This document shows, one piece after another, positions 43,401 through 55,530 of a stretch of DNA of 64,000 nucleotides (position 1 is the first letter of the stretch; each line of letters opens with the position of its first letter). The notes under the pieces were generated by a model that did not search any database, was not told the origin of the DNA, and saw only the letters and a list, made by a program, of their open reading frames with translations. The translations under genes were made by a program, and so were the position numbers. This stretch comes from Lobosporangium transversale (taxonomy: Eukaryota): assembly GCF_002105155.1 (NCBI RefSeq), contig NW_019029004.1:1-64000 (forward strand). Direction: 5' to 3'.

Positions 43401-45656
43401 TTAGGTTCTGTACAGGAACAACTTCAGAGGATCCTTCAGTGTTATCAACACCAACCCACACACAGACGACGCAAGAGGGGATCATCGGGTCAAGAAGAAG
43501 AAGAAGGAGAAGACAAAAAAGAAAAAGGAGCTACAGCACTTATTTCTAATAATTATTCAGCTAACAGTCAAGGATCTGATAGTCCCTCGCCCCTTACACG
43601 CGGAGATTCTCTAGCTTCAGATGCATCAACTGCTATCAATACTAGTAGCAACAGTAGTACAGAGGCCTCAGAGGTAATCTTTGGGGAGCCAAAAGGCTCG
43701 ACATCTCCAACCTTAGAACCACCTCATTTCTCAAAGGAACAAATCCGATCTGTTCTAGACGCACTGGAGCGCCATGCCTTAGAATCCAAACAAAAGATGA
43801 GTACAATGGAAGGAGAGTTGAGTCTTTTGCGGCGCCAATCTGCGGTCATGAGCGTTAGTAGGAATAACAGCATCAGAATTAAGGATCTACCCGCTACTCC
43901 TGTTTCAGTTTCACGTGGTCAGGCTGAGGAGACTATTCGGTCAGCTTTGGAGAAAAGTCTGAAGGATGCGCTTCTAGCAAAAGAGATGGCTCAACAGGAG
44001 TTGGAGAATGAGCGCCAGCGATGGCAAGAGGACCAGAATCACCGAATTAGTGCATTGGAGGAGAGCCTTGGTGCAGCTGAGGATGACAGAACGACCACAG
44101 CCATGACCACAACCACATCCATGTACACTATCTCGACAGCGGACCTCAGCAATGATATGCTTTCAAGAGACGAAATGATCAAAGCCCTTAGAGTGCAGCT
44201 TCGAGATGCAATTAGTGAAATAGACACCCTTAATCAACAGCAGCAGACGAGTCTGAAGGCTATGCGGCAACTCTTTGATCTAGTCCCAGACTCAAGGCGA
44301 AGGAGTCATATGCAGTTATTTTCGTCTCATCAACAGCTCCAACAACAGTTAGCAGCGAGCCTAGGAGGTCGATCTGCAATGCCGAGTCCTTCAGGTAGTT
44401 CAGTCTCGCTTTCACTCTCAGCTTCAGGGGCTATCGGGTTTAGCATGGAGGCACTCATCAGTCGAGTAAAGGACTTGGTGGTAATATCTGAGCAGATGGA
44501 GCGTGACAACTCGGAATTACGGCGGCAGATTGGCAATCCCGCTGAGCGTAGTCAACAAGAAGCCAAGAAGGAGGAGAAAGAAAAGGAAAAGGAGACAGAG
44601 AAGAAGAATACTCATCAAAGCCACGAATCCGAAGAGCGTAATGACCAAGAGGGTCCTGACTCTCAAGGACAATCAATCCGGATCTTGATATCCGAGTTAG
44701 AGCGACTGCAAGCAAGCGCAGGGATGGTTCAATTATTGGAGAAGGAGATCGATTTATTGAAGCAACATACGGATACCCTTATGGATGAGAATGCTCGGCT
44801 TGCTGAACTGGCCGCCGCAAGCGCAACTAATACCCCTGCACCAAACAGATCCAATATATTTGCCGGTATTGCTCGTAAACCAAGTCAGGATGATACTTTA
44901 GACCAGTTGCAGGAGATCATTCGTGTCAAGGACAGACTACTACATGAGCGTGAACAAACTATTCAGGATCATGAAAAGGCTTTAGAACAGGCTCAATTAG
45001 AACTGGCCAAGGTCCAAGGGTATTTTCAGGAAAAAGTAGATACTGGAGGGTCGCTTCGCGCTGACGCTAATACTAACATCAGCGGTGGTGCTTTAAAGAC
45101 CGATTCACCTAAACTAAGTGCATTTGATATTGATGCTCTAGAAGGCTTGAGAGACAAGTGTGCCAAGTTGGAAGGAGAGTTAGGAGAGATGCGAATGATT
45201 GTAGCAGCCTTAGAAAGCACGAATGGAAAACCTAGGACAGGGTCACAGCTTTTGAAGAGCCTGGAAATCTCATCGCAACCTCAGTCTCCTGCAATGACCC
45301 CTTCATGGCTCGGATCCACGAACTTTTGTTCTCTTTCACAGAAGCTCATCTTTGATACACCCGCTTCTGGAGTGAACTCGCCACCTATCCCCAGTACAGA
45401 TATATTTAGCAATAGCCCAAATGTGCACAGTCTAGATGATAATAATAGCAACGGTAATGGTACTGCAAGAGCTAACAATAGCACTGTTACCGGAGCAACT
45501 GCCGCTTTGCGAAAGGAGTTCAGGAGGGCTATGAGCGAGCTGCGTGAAGAGAAAGAAAAAGCAGTGCGCAAGGAAGTCGAAGAAAGAAGACGGCTTGAGC
45601 GAGAACTGCGACAGTTGCGGCGAGATCTACAGAGCAATCAAATCAATACTCGTTAG
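40465..45656 (+). CDS. Uds1 (up-regulated during septation) domain coiled-coil protein; 5' end uncertain
   Basis: ILISQAAVDSKGFEVLLPETVEAIKR|HHATLNTRISALTARLSLESKICEAARSLLKLHADNKK...RTLLQHSSGVL matches the Uds1 pattern; C-terminal LRKEFRRAMSELR. The frame stays open back to an AG at 40280-40281, so a micro-exon ATGGCG|gtaaag at 39809 may be the true start. Confidence 0.8.
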
Positions 45657-45658
45657 CT

Positions 45659-45692
<34 letters not shown>

Positions 45693-45889
45693 GTATATCT
45701 ATGTACCTATTACCATCTTATCTTAATTGAAGCACCAATGCGGATGATTTTTCTCTTCTATCCACAAGCGAGAGAAGATGCATCTATTAAAATAAAAATT
45801 CAGGTCAAGAAGATAAATGCTTACAATGCGTGGATCCAGGCTTTTATTTGATTTTACTTTATTTTTATGTCATTTTGCCAATTTGATGA

Positions 45890-46233
45890 ATAATTGGTAT
45901 TTGGGCCTGCCTGAACAGGCAATGGCCCGAAGCTATCATCCGTTGGATTATGGCTGAACGCCTCTAAGTCAGAATCCGTGCTAGAACGCGACGATTACCG
46001 CCTCATCCGGTACTTAGTTGAATACGAATAAAGCTTCGGCTCCTGAATCATGCTACGCGGGGTAATCTTGTGGAGCGGAAAGGCTTCATGAGGTTCCTGC
46101 TAATGTTAATTTCAAATATTGGAAGAGATAAATCCATTGCAGACGACTTTTAAGCAATGGTGTACTGTAAGCTGTAGAGTAGCCTTGTTGCTACGATTAG
46201 CTGAGGTTAAGCACTTTTGTTGCACAGATTTGT
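45890..46233 (+). rRNA. Dispersed fragment (pseudogene) of the 3' end of LSU (25S/28S) rRNA
   Basis: Contains conserved GGATTATGGCTGAACGCCTCTAAGTCAGAATCC and GTAGAGTAGCCTTGTTGCTACGAT..CTGAGGTTAAG..GATTTGT, colinear with the fungal 25S 3' terminus; no other rDNA parts nearby. Confidence 0.93.
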
Positions 46234-46498
46234 TCGAAAGAACAACATCTTCCTTTATTACAATGTGTATGTGTGCTAACTTTTCTTATTTTATATTCAT
46301 CATTTATGCATCATCTTGAACACCATTGACTTCCATTAAATAATCCTCATAATTGTATAATTGTACCCTAAACGCAGTGCTGTTCCTTCCGACTTGGAGT
46401 GGAGGTGTTTGATTGTTTTGTACAATGGGTTTATCTTAATCCAATTGCGTTATCCTATGCTTGAAACCAGTTAAATAGAAAGTCTCGATAAGTCTTGA

Positions 46499-48058
46499 TT
46501 AAGTTGAAATAGTCTTTTTTCTTTTCGCTTGTCCCTTTGGAGATCCTGGAGGGGTTTTCAAAGTCTCTGGCAGCCCAATACTTTCAAGTGCTTGATCTAT
46601 GGATCTCTTTCCATATACCCAAACTTCCAACTCTTTTGCCTTGTCTTCCATTCTCTGTCTCATCAACAATATTTCCACCAGAATGCCCTTAATTGTCCAT
46701 AATGTGGTCTCGTTCAATATTGGAGGTAATTCATCAGCGAAATTTCTTTTGAAATAAAATAATCTGCCCTTCAAATATTTTAAGATGACGATCTCAATTC
46801 GAAGGCCTGACGTTACGATTCCATAGGCCTTCATGTCGCATTTGATATCATGCCCATGTCTGGCAGCATTGACACACGCTATGTCAAACATGTCTTTCAA
46901 TGTTTTAGCGGTTTTTACACTGTCGTTTAAATATTTGGTGCCATAAGAAGCCTCGTACTTTTTTCCTCCCTTTACGGCGCCAAATTCCGTATTCGCTTTC
47001 AAAGCCCATATGATTGCATCGATTTTATGCCCTCTAGATTGGTTATCTTCAATTGATCGAACGCCGTTTCTTCGGTACGTTGATGCTGATGATGTCGCAT
47101 CCCCTTCGTCAAATTTTATCGCACTACTGCCAATCCACAGCGCCTTTAAAATTGCATTCCAAAGTTTCATATAAATTCGTTCTGGCAAATCTCTCTTAAG
47201 CTCATACTCCTGTCCTTTTTCTCTTTCCTGCCCATATTCTTTATAAAACGTGAAAACATCACTCATGCAGTTGTACATGAATCTACAGAACTCCAGACAG
47301 CCTTCAGGTTCAATGTCGCCCAAGGTGAAAACATTATCCCAGCCTTAGGCGGCGTTGTTGGGAATGAATTATGCTCATTATCACTCTTACTGCAAAGGTG
47401 TTTCCAGCGGGCTATATTAGATTGAGAACAAAAAAAAAAAAAAATAAAATAAAAAAATAAGAGAGAAATTAAAAATATATAGTGAGAATCAGCAATAACC
47501 ACTCACTCACCTGCTATAGATATTGATGAACCATCTTCCAGTCCGTCCCAGGGATCGCGTGGGTGCCTCTGTCCCGTTGTAGAAGACTCTACTTGTCCTG
47601 TAATAGAATAGGCAAAGAAGTCAGTGATACACAAAGCTAATAATATTTTGGAGCGCAGGTACCAATAATAATAATAGCAGTATCCGCAAATGATTTTTAC
47701 CTGATTCTTTTGATAGGAAGGAGTTGAAAGCAATATTAGACTGCATCTCCCCAGCTTTGTGTACTTTAAGTCCTGCACGATTAGCAACCAGCTGAGTTTG
47801 GGCTTCTAGAGCGCGCTTTGCTAACTCAGTATGGCGAACTGTCCAGAATCGTTCCTCATAATTCTTACGGAAGTGGTTGAATGATGTTTTTAAGGTGTTT
47901 CTTCTTTTTTGGCGAATACGTCACACTCTAGTAAATCATGGTACGCCTGAGTCGCGGATTCTCTGTCAGTCAAGTCGAAATGTTTAATAAAAGCTCGAAA
48001 CATGTTCAACTCCGGTGGATCTCTGAACCCAATCCAGGTAATCCGGTGATAGCGTCAT
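46499..48058 (-). pseudogene. Lineage-expanded protein with C-terminal PD-(D/E)xK/REase-like domain, disrupted
   Basis: 5' exon from ATG 48058 (MTLSPDYLDWVQRSTG..FDLTDRESA..RIRQKRRNTLKTSFNHF) needs frame changes and hits in-frame TAA codons. The 3' ORF 46499-47323 has a RGHKIDAII..EFGAVKGGKK..DSVKTAKTLKDMFD nuclease-like motif. Confidence 0.6.
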
Positions 48059-48688
48059 AGGGTATGAAAATGAAGGCACTATATTTGACTCTCGAAGAAA
48101 AAGATGTTAACTATCCAATCTAGAGCAATAATGCATTAAGGAATCTCAACTTTGCTTCATGTCAAACAGATTGCTGGCAAGGCACCCAAAAGGATCCCCG
48201 TCTGATGACCATAATTGTCGTAACCACTTCCTGACTCGGCAAGAGCCCGAAGTATATCTGCTGGAGCGCAAGGAGCGGGCCACAATGACAAAGTGTTTCT
48301 GCATGGGGAAGCAATTTGAAAAAATTACCTTAGTGTTAACAGGTACACAGATGACGATAGCTCAAACAAATGATCGTGGGCGGGTGGTAAATGCTCAAAC
48401 GAAGATTAAAAGTGAAGGAATGGTGATCAAGAATATGGTGATGAAGTGATTTTCTGAGGGGGGAGAGAGAGAGAGCGTGTGTGTTGATTGATGAGGTTGT
48501 GATGAAGAAATGCGAATGCAAGATGATCAACCAAACGTCACAAAATCACGCGACATATATAGGATACGCCACACGTGTGGCTTTGATTCTCACCTCTGCC
48601 TCTTTTTTGCCAGCATTCTACTCTTTTCGCTCTTTCCTATGCTCCCACTTCAACTCACACCCTAAGAACCTTCTCTTTCTCTTCATCA

Positions 48689-49432
48689 ATGCTACACAAC
48701 ACCATAACCACTAACCAAATTACCCTATTCTGTCTTGTGGATGGAGAATCAACCTCAAACGCGTTTTCGGTCGAGATTGACCCTACCAAGACAGTTGATG
48801 GCCTCAAGAAGCACATCAAGGCTGAGAAGACTCCTCCCTTTGATGATGTCGCCGCTGATGAACTCACCCTGTGGCATGTCTCCATCGTAATCGGAGATGA
48901 TGAGGACGAAAAAACCATTACACTTTCAGAACACCCAAATGCAAAAAAGCTTCGTGCAACAAGCGAGATCTCTGAGATTTTCGGCACTGCACCAGAAAAG
49001 AAAACCATACACGTCATTGTCCAGCGGCCATCGGCAGGTAAGAAGCCGTTAAATTCTAATTGTGCCTGTTACTGCGGCATGCAAGCATTTAATTACTTGC
49101 CATGTGGTGACGCTTGTTGTAATCATTGATTATGTCCAATGATCCATCGCATTATTGCGGTATAGATCAGTCTACTTCCACTTCGAGTAAGACTCATTTG
49201 TTTAATTGGTTCTCTACTTTTTTCAAAAGGTTAATCATCGCACATGTGCTTCACGGCTACCTCTGATGCTTTTTCTTTTTCTTTTTTTCTTGCCAATTTC
49301 TATCATTGCTTCCTTTACCAACAGACTTGGAGAAAAAAAGGACGGCCGATGACTTATGTGACTTATGTAAGCTAATTCTCCCTTAAGGATTGGAAACCGA
49401 TTCTTTATTTTTCTCTTCTGACAGGTCTTGCT

Positions 49433-49463
<31 letters not shown>

Positions 49464-51328
49464 CTTCTAGTATCGCCAGTTTTGAAAAAGAAGAGATGGA
49501 CTGTTAATGGAGCGATCCGATTCATTGATATAAAATCAGTCTATTATGTTGACACTGCGAAGCATGACGTGAACAGGAGAATTTTGAGTGCTATTACAAA
49601 TCACGAGTTAGCAATGCATTGGTGCACGTGCGTCTGGAAAGACAACAAGGTTGTATGGACTTATAACTCAACTAGCTGAAAGTGGATACCGTTGTTTTAT
49701 GTAAGTTTACCCTCATCTTTTGAATTTGTCTCTGATGTTGTACCTACTCTTACACTCATTCCTTCTATCTGGAGTTTCATTTGAGGAAGTTATCAATAAT
49801 GGGTCTCATTTCTGGAGAGCTTTTGGAAAAGCTCTTCGCAACAACTATGAAGTCGATGATATTACAACCCAACGAGATTTTCTCGATGCTTTCGGTCGAA
49901 CTAAATTCAAGGACGAGAAGATTGTCATCTTGGTTGACGAGTTTGATTTACTGTTTAACGCAAGCGACGAGATCCGCAACCAATGCTTACAGGCGTTTCG
50001 AGCAATCCGACAGAACAACCATTTATACGCCATTCACAGTGTTATCTTATGTGGAACCTTTAGTATTCAGCGCCTTAGCACAACAGGTCAACACATAGCC
50101 CCGTTCAATGTCAACAATACTATCAGGAACCCGTATTTCACTCTTGATCAAACGCAGCAGCTCTTTAATGACTATGCGAAGGATGAGATGATTAAAATAG
50201 ATGATGAGATTATTCGAGACATACACTGGAAGTCAAATGGGTATGTTTTTTAAGCTTAGTTAACTCTCCACGAGTTGATGTGCCATTCTAATACAATGAA
50301 TTGTGCTCAATGTCAATAGTCATCCAGGAATGATTTGTCTTTGTGGACGCTCCATTCATGAGGATCTTCGCTCGAAAGTCAACGGCTCGACGAAATGTCT
50401 CGATTACGATACATGGCAGGACTTCCCCACAGACAATCAGAATAAGAGGATGCTTTCGTACCATACTTTCAGAAGGATGGTCGATTCACTTTTGAATGAA
50501 TCAGCTACAGATGCTGCTAATCTTCTCCGAACAGATTTTATTGGGTATCTCGGCGATATATCTATCACAGACATGGAACAACAGGGATTGGCAGACTTCC
50601 TAACTGCAGAAGGGGTGCTGATAAGACTTGATGGCAGTAACTACTGTATGGCCTCAGCATTCATTGACTCGTTTGTGAGGAGATATATTATCCCATTAAA
50701 GTATCCTCACGCTCCTTCAGAGTCACCCCCAAAGAAAAAAGGAGGATCATTGGATATTCTAGAGATTATGAAGATTGCTCTTCGATTTTTCGATAAAGAC
50801 TTGATTTTGCAGGCGGAAGATCGATCATACAAAAGTTCGGGGAGAACAGTTAAGGTTATGGGCGACTACAACGCCAGTGTCCCTCGAGAAAGCGTCTATG
50901 ACACGGAATTGATGAGAGTTCTCACCAACTGGCTAAACAAAACAAAAAAATATGAGATCATTGGCCAGTGGCACCTCCGTGAGCGTGAGGACCACAAATA
51001 TAGTGACATTGTCATCAAGAAAGCAGGAAAACCTACGGTTGTTATCGAGCTTTTGGCTACAGGGAGCCAAACTTCTATTAAGGACCATATCAGCAAGACG
51101 CTAACTTACAAACGTTTACTCCCAGCAGAAGAAGCTTGGGTTGTTCATTTTACCTGTGAGGACGACTATTTTAAGCACCCATACTGGCAAACCGACGCGG
51201 AACTGGACCAAGGGGTGAATTTGGTACATTTCTGGCACGATAGGAGTTTTGATACAGTGCGGATGAATGCTCGCTGGAAGGACAGTGGCAATACTCAAAG
51301 AATTGACAATGAGCTGTTGACTGTCTAA
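48689..51328 (+). pseudogene. Crinkler (CRN) family gene: N-terminal ubiquitin-like header, P-loop NTPase and PD-(D/E)xK nuclease; frameshifted
   Basis: Header LFCLVDGE..AFSVEI..TVDGLKKHIK..LTLWHV..IHVIVQRP. Walker A GARASGKTT at 49621 is out of frame with the exon that starts at 49471. Walker B IVILVDEFD; C-terminal ESVYDTELMRVL..YSDIVI..VVIELLAT..AWVVHFT. Confidence 0.82.
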
Positions 51329-53044
51329 CAGCAATTCTATTTTTTTTTTACCCAACGTTGTAAGGACGTCCCATTTTGTTGTCATAGGCTTTATAATTTT
51401 GCAGATCTGTTTAAATAGCTGTTACTTTGTATATTTCGCATTGATTGCATTAAAACACTCTCTCTTCATTAATGACAAACAATTTACTTTATGTATCTAT
51501 ACCTTAATCTATATTTATATATTAGTCAGAAAGGCTTCGGGTCGAGTTGGGTAACCTGGCTGTCACGTCACGAGCCTTATTGCGGGACCTATTTTGGGGC
51601 AAATGATATAAATGTCGATGCATGCGGAGCATGTTCTACCAAATTTGTCGTAAGGACATATTATCTTCTATAACGTAAACACCATTCAACGTGGTAGCAT
51701 CCACCCAATCTGAAGAACTATGTATATATAATAATAATAAATAGTTGCTGACTTTTTATGAATAGGCGTGCTTGTCAGCCTGAAACGACACAAATTGGCA
51801 TTGATTACCAGGCTCGCACAATTCGAGCTCGAACTTTTTGATACGAGAAATGAGCTTGAGAGTGCCATGGACACAAAGGGAAGTATAAAGAGAAGACTGA
51901 AACTTTCTTCATGACAACTGAAAATACAAATCGAATACATGATACTGAAGTACAAGGCATTTACCGCGAAACTTGGCTGTGTTAATTTGTTCTGAAAAAG
52001 ATATCAGATCATTAAACTCACTTTAAATGCGCAAACCGGGCTTCATTACGACATTTGGGCTACATGGGCTCACAAAAGTGATGTTAGCCATGTACAGCCT
52101 TCCACATTTGAAAGGAGAAACACGTACACCAAATTTTTTATGTTGGCTTCAACTTTAATGAATTTGACCCACTTATTGACACATCGATTGGGCCGCTGAT
52201 AAGGCGTAATCGACGTCTGCCAAAAAATGGCCCGTGTCTCTTCCCCTGTATGCTCATATTTATTTTTTTGCTTTGTATCTCTTCCTTTTTCTTGTGTTTC
52301 TTCCATTCTCTTGTGTCTCATCTCCCTCACTGCGTGTTGGTTTTGTTCTTTGTCTCTTTCCTCTTGACCATTCTTTCATCTTTCTTTTTATCTTTCCACA
52401 GTGAGTGAATCTAACAAATACATTTTTTTCTTTTGTGCCAAAGGACTCGTGGAAAAAAAGAAAAAAGGTGAAGAAAAATTACTCCGTGAATATCATGATC
52501 ATTTAAATCGTTATCACTCATCCACCCTGGTTGAGATCGAGTTAAAAAATACAACAGAACCTTTCCTCATTCATCGTGATCCCATGTCAGACATGGCCTT
52601 TCTCACCCTGCAAAAAAAAATTTCATCCGTACATCTGTGTTACGACACTACAAGACCTGTAAAGCCGCCGGTCCCTCCAGCCTCGAATGCCGATACATGT
52701 TCAGATGGCCATTCATTACAGGATAGTGTTAAAAAACATGAGGCAGTAATTAAGATGCTTTGTGAGAGGATAGACGCTCTTGAAAAGAGGTATGACATCC
52801 TTTATTTGAGAACATTCATAAGTTGTTTGACAATTTTGAATCTTTGACAGGCAAAGCTTTTCGAATCAACAGAAATGAATCGAAAGAGACTACTCGATCA
52901 TGACAGTGAGAATGACAATACTGCCGAGAGTAAAAAACGACTACGGCGTTCTAAAAGAACATTAACAAGACATTCATGAAAAACCCGCTGAATAAAAAAT
53001 CGATATTTATTTCTTTATGGTTTATTACTTATTTTCTGTATTTA

Positions 53045-53115
53045 ATATTTCTATATTTTTATATTTTTATATTTTTATATTTTTATATTTTTATATTTTT
53101 ATATTTTTATATTTT
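53045..53115. repeat. (TATATTTT)n octamer repeat spanning the stop codon of the asparagine-synthase-like gene
   Basis: About 8 tandem copies visible directly. Confidence 0.85.
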
Positions 53116-54298
53116 CGGATGCATTCCCCGCCTTGGCAACCTCCTCTGGCGGTGGGAGGACGCGAGCTGGCCACTGTCCACAGATCACACAGAAAGTTTG
53201 GTCAGGTGTTGTCAGGTTGAATCCACAACCAGGGCAGGGATCTCGACCATCTTTCTGAAGCTTTTCTGGATATTGGTTCATGTCATCTCCAAAGACCTTC
53301 TTGAACACCTTAAAGTACTTTAGATGTTCCACATCCCTGATTTTAATCCCTTCTTCTGCCAAGATCTTGTCTTGCTCCGTTTTGAGGTCCTCAGGTGCCA
53401 TGGATTCCTGAAATAATTTTGGCAAGACTGTTGTTCCGGATCCGACCTCGATGGGTTCCTTTTTGCGCCAAGCTGAGAAGGCTTCGTTCTCGAATGCCTC
53501 TCTCAAGATAAACTTTCCATGAAGTTGTCTCCCTGAGAGTCGATCTTGCCATTCTCTTTCTTTAAGATGATCATGGTAATTGATCTTTTCCTCACGAGTA
53601 CATTGCTGTGAGAATGCAACCAATTCTGGATCCAGAAAAGGTTGAACTAATTCCATCCCCAATGCTTGAGCGAGCCTTACCCCTGAAAACCGCATTACCT
53701 TGGTTAATTTATCGGAATAAGCCTGGAGCCGCTCAGCGGACATATCATGTAGAAACGAATACCCTGCAAATAGTTCATCTGCACCATCGCCTGTCATCAC
53801 TGTCTTATAGCCTAGTGATTTAGCTACGGACAATCCTCTAGCGATGACGATGCCATTGCGGAGCTCCATAGGATCGAACGTTTCTAATACCTTGATACAG
53901 AACTCGAGTTCTTCCAGTACAGAGTCCAGTGTGATCTTGACAATCTCTTGGACCATCCCAGTTCTGGCAGCAATTTGTGTGGCATAGAATTCATCTGTCG
54001 CTTGGTCTGTACAGAGAACCGTAATAGCGCCTGTCATTGGCCGTAATCGAGAGCTACTCTTGTTACCATCGTCATTTGAATCAGATGCATCATTCTTTTT
54101 CTTATTATTGTATACAGAAAAGGCTGCCTCTGCTAAGATAGATGTGTCGACGCCACCAGAAAGAAGGATGCAGTCGCAAGGGGTGCACTTTTCTATTGAA
54201 TTGAGGAGCAGACGACGCAACTCCTGAATCCGCTCGGGCTTGCTGTGGTATGGTACGGTGGAATCAGCCCCAATGGTATTTTCTGACGCTTGCTTCAT
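53099..54298 (-). CDS. Asparagine-synthase-like ATP pyrophosphatase (synthetase domain only) with C-terminal zinc ribbon, intronless
   Basis: PP-loop ILLSGGVDTS, MTGDGADELFAGY, GKFILREAF and WRKKEPIEVGSG; no N-terminal Cys1 glutaminase domain; C-terminal CPGCG..FCVICG. Confidence 0.88.
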   Translation of the reverse strand: MKQASENTIGADSTVPYHSKPERIQELRRLLLNSIEKCTPCDCILLSGGVDTSILAEAAFSVYNNKKKNDASDSNDDGNKSSSRLRPMTGAITVLCTDQATDEFYATQIAARTGMVQEIVKITLDSVLEELEFCIKVLETFDPMELRNGIVIARGLSVAKSLGYKTVMTGDGADELFAGYSFLHDMSAERLQAYSDKLTKVMRFSGVRLAQALGMELVQPFLDPELVAFSQQCTREEKINYHDHLKEREWQDRLSGRQLHGKFILREAFENEAFSAWRKKEPIEVGSGTTVLPKLFQESMAPEDLKTEQDKILAEEGIKIRDVEHLKYFKVFKKVFGDDMNQYPEKLQKDGRDPCPGCGFNLTTPDQTFCVICGQWPARVLPPPEEVAKAGNASENIKI

Positions 54299-54559
54299 GA
54301 TAATGAAGAAGCCAGTGGCAAAACGAATGAATTAGATTTCCAAGTGTAATGTGTTTCGATTGATTTAGATCAATTTTTATGATTCACCTAGATATGATTG
54401 TTCCATTTTTGGTTAGCTCAATTTTTTAATTAACTTGTCTAAGAATTGTTCTAAAATGTTATTTTAAGTTACTTTCTATCAGATCTGAAACAACAAATTG
54501 TTTCCTGTGGGGTATGATTCTTTAGAGCATTACTCTTATTAAAGAAAAAAAAAAAAAGC

Positions 54560-55483
54560 ATGAGTGCCAATGGAAATAGTCAAGATGATCATCAATCTTT
54601 GTCAGAGGTGCTTCGAAACACACATGCACGAAATCTTACTGCCTATAAACGATTGTTGTCAGCGCAAGAATGTTCAGCAAATGAGACAAATGAGCCTCCT
54701 TTGGACATCTTCTGGGATGTTGTAGTCATTACAGCAAGCGACAAACAGCATCGACTTGTCTACGAGCATCGAATTGACCAGAAATTAGCACGAGGTCAAA
54801 TACCCACTAGCGTCAAGTGAGGAGCCTTTTCTTTTGTGATGATGTTGATGATCCACTGTCCTGGTCATATGAAAATAGTAATATTGATTTTTTCTTTTTT
54901 TCTTTAGATATCATGTTGTAGAAGACCCGCCTCAGTCCAAGATTGGAGGCGGAGGTTCGACATTTCTGGTAATGAAAGTGCTTCGAGAGATGTATTCGCA
55001 GGAATTCCTCGAAAATGGTGGGCATACTCAATCTAGCAGACAATTGACCTCATTACTCAAATTTAAAGACTCGAGGACAAAGCAGCTGAAACTATTTCAT
55101 TGTCTATGACTTCTTAGCACGTGTTCTTTTGATCCATGCTGGTGGTTATAGTACCCGCTTACCGCATGTTAGTGCTCGAGGAAAGATTTTTACCACGCTT
55201 CCTCAAGGTATACTTTCATTTTATTATATTTTTTTATTTTTGTGCTTCACCTAGTCAAACACAGCTGCATCGTCATCATGGAAATCATATTTGACAAGAA
55301 ATCCACAAATATCAATATTTTTCAATGACAACTATAATAGCCGACTCTCAGCAAGGTATCGACGTATTGGATCTAAAATTTGTACTATATATGCACCTAC
55401 TCAAAGACATGCCTCCAGGAGTAAGAGCAGAGATGACTGATTTTTAACTCTCGAGTTATCAATGAAAAAGAAACGAAAACCTG

Positions 55484-55530
<47 letters not shown>

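Noticed and set aside
52401..52979. Possible small coiled-coil gene (148-aa ORF plus candidate second exon)
   Set aside because: The GT at ~52790 and AG at 52850 give an early stop rather than joining the longer downstream frame; no family recognised. At most a gene relic.
53045..53115. Regular direct repeats considered as CRISPR-like or telomeric
   Set aside because: Simple spacer-less AT octamer microsatellite in a eukaryotic context.
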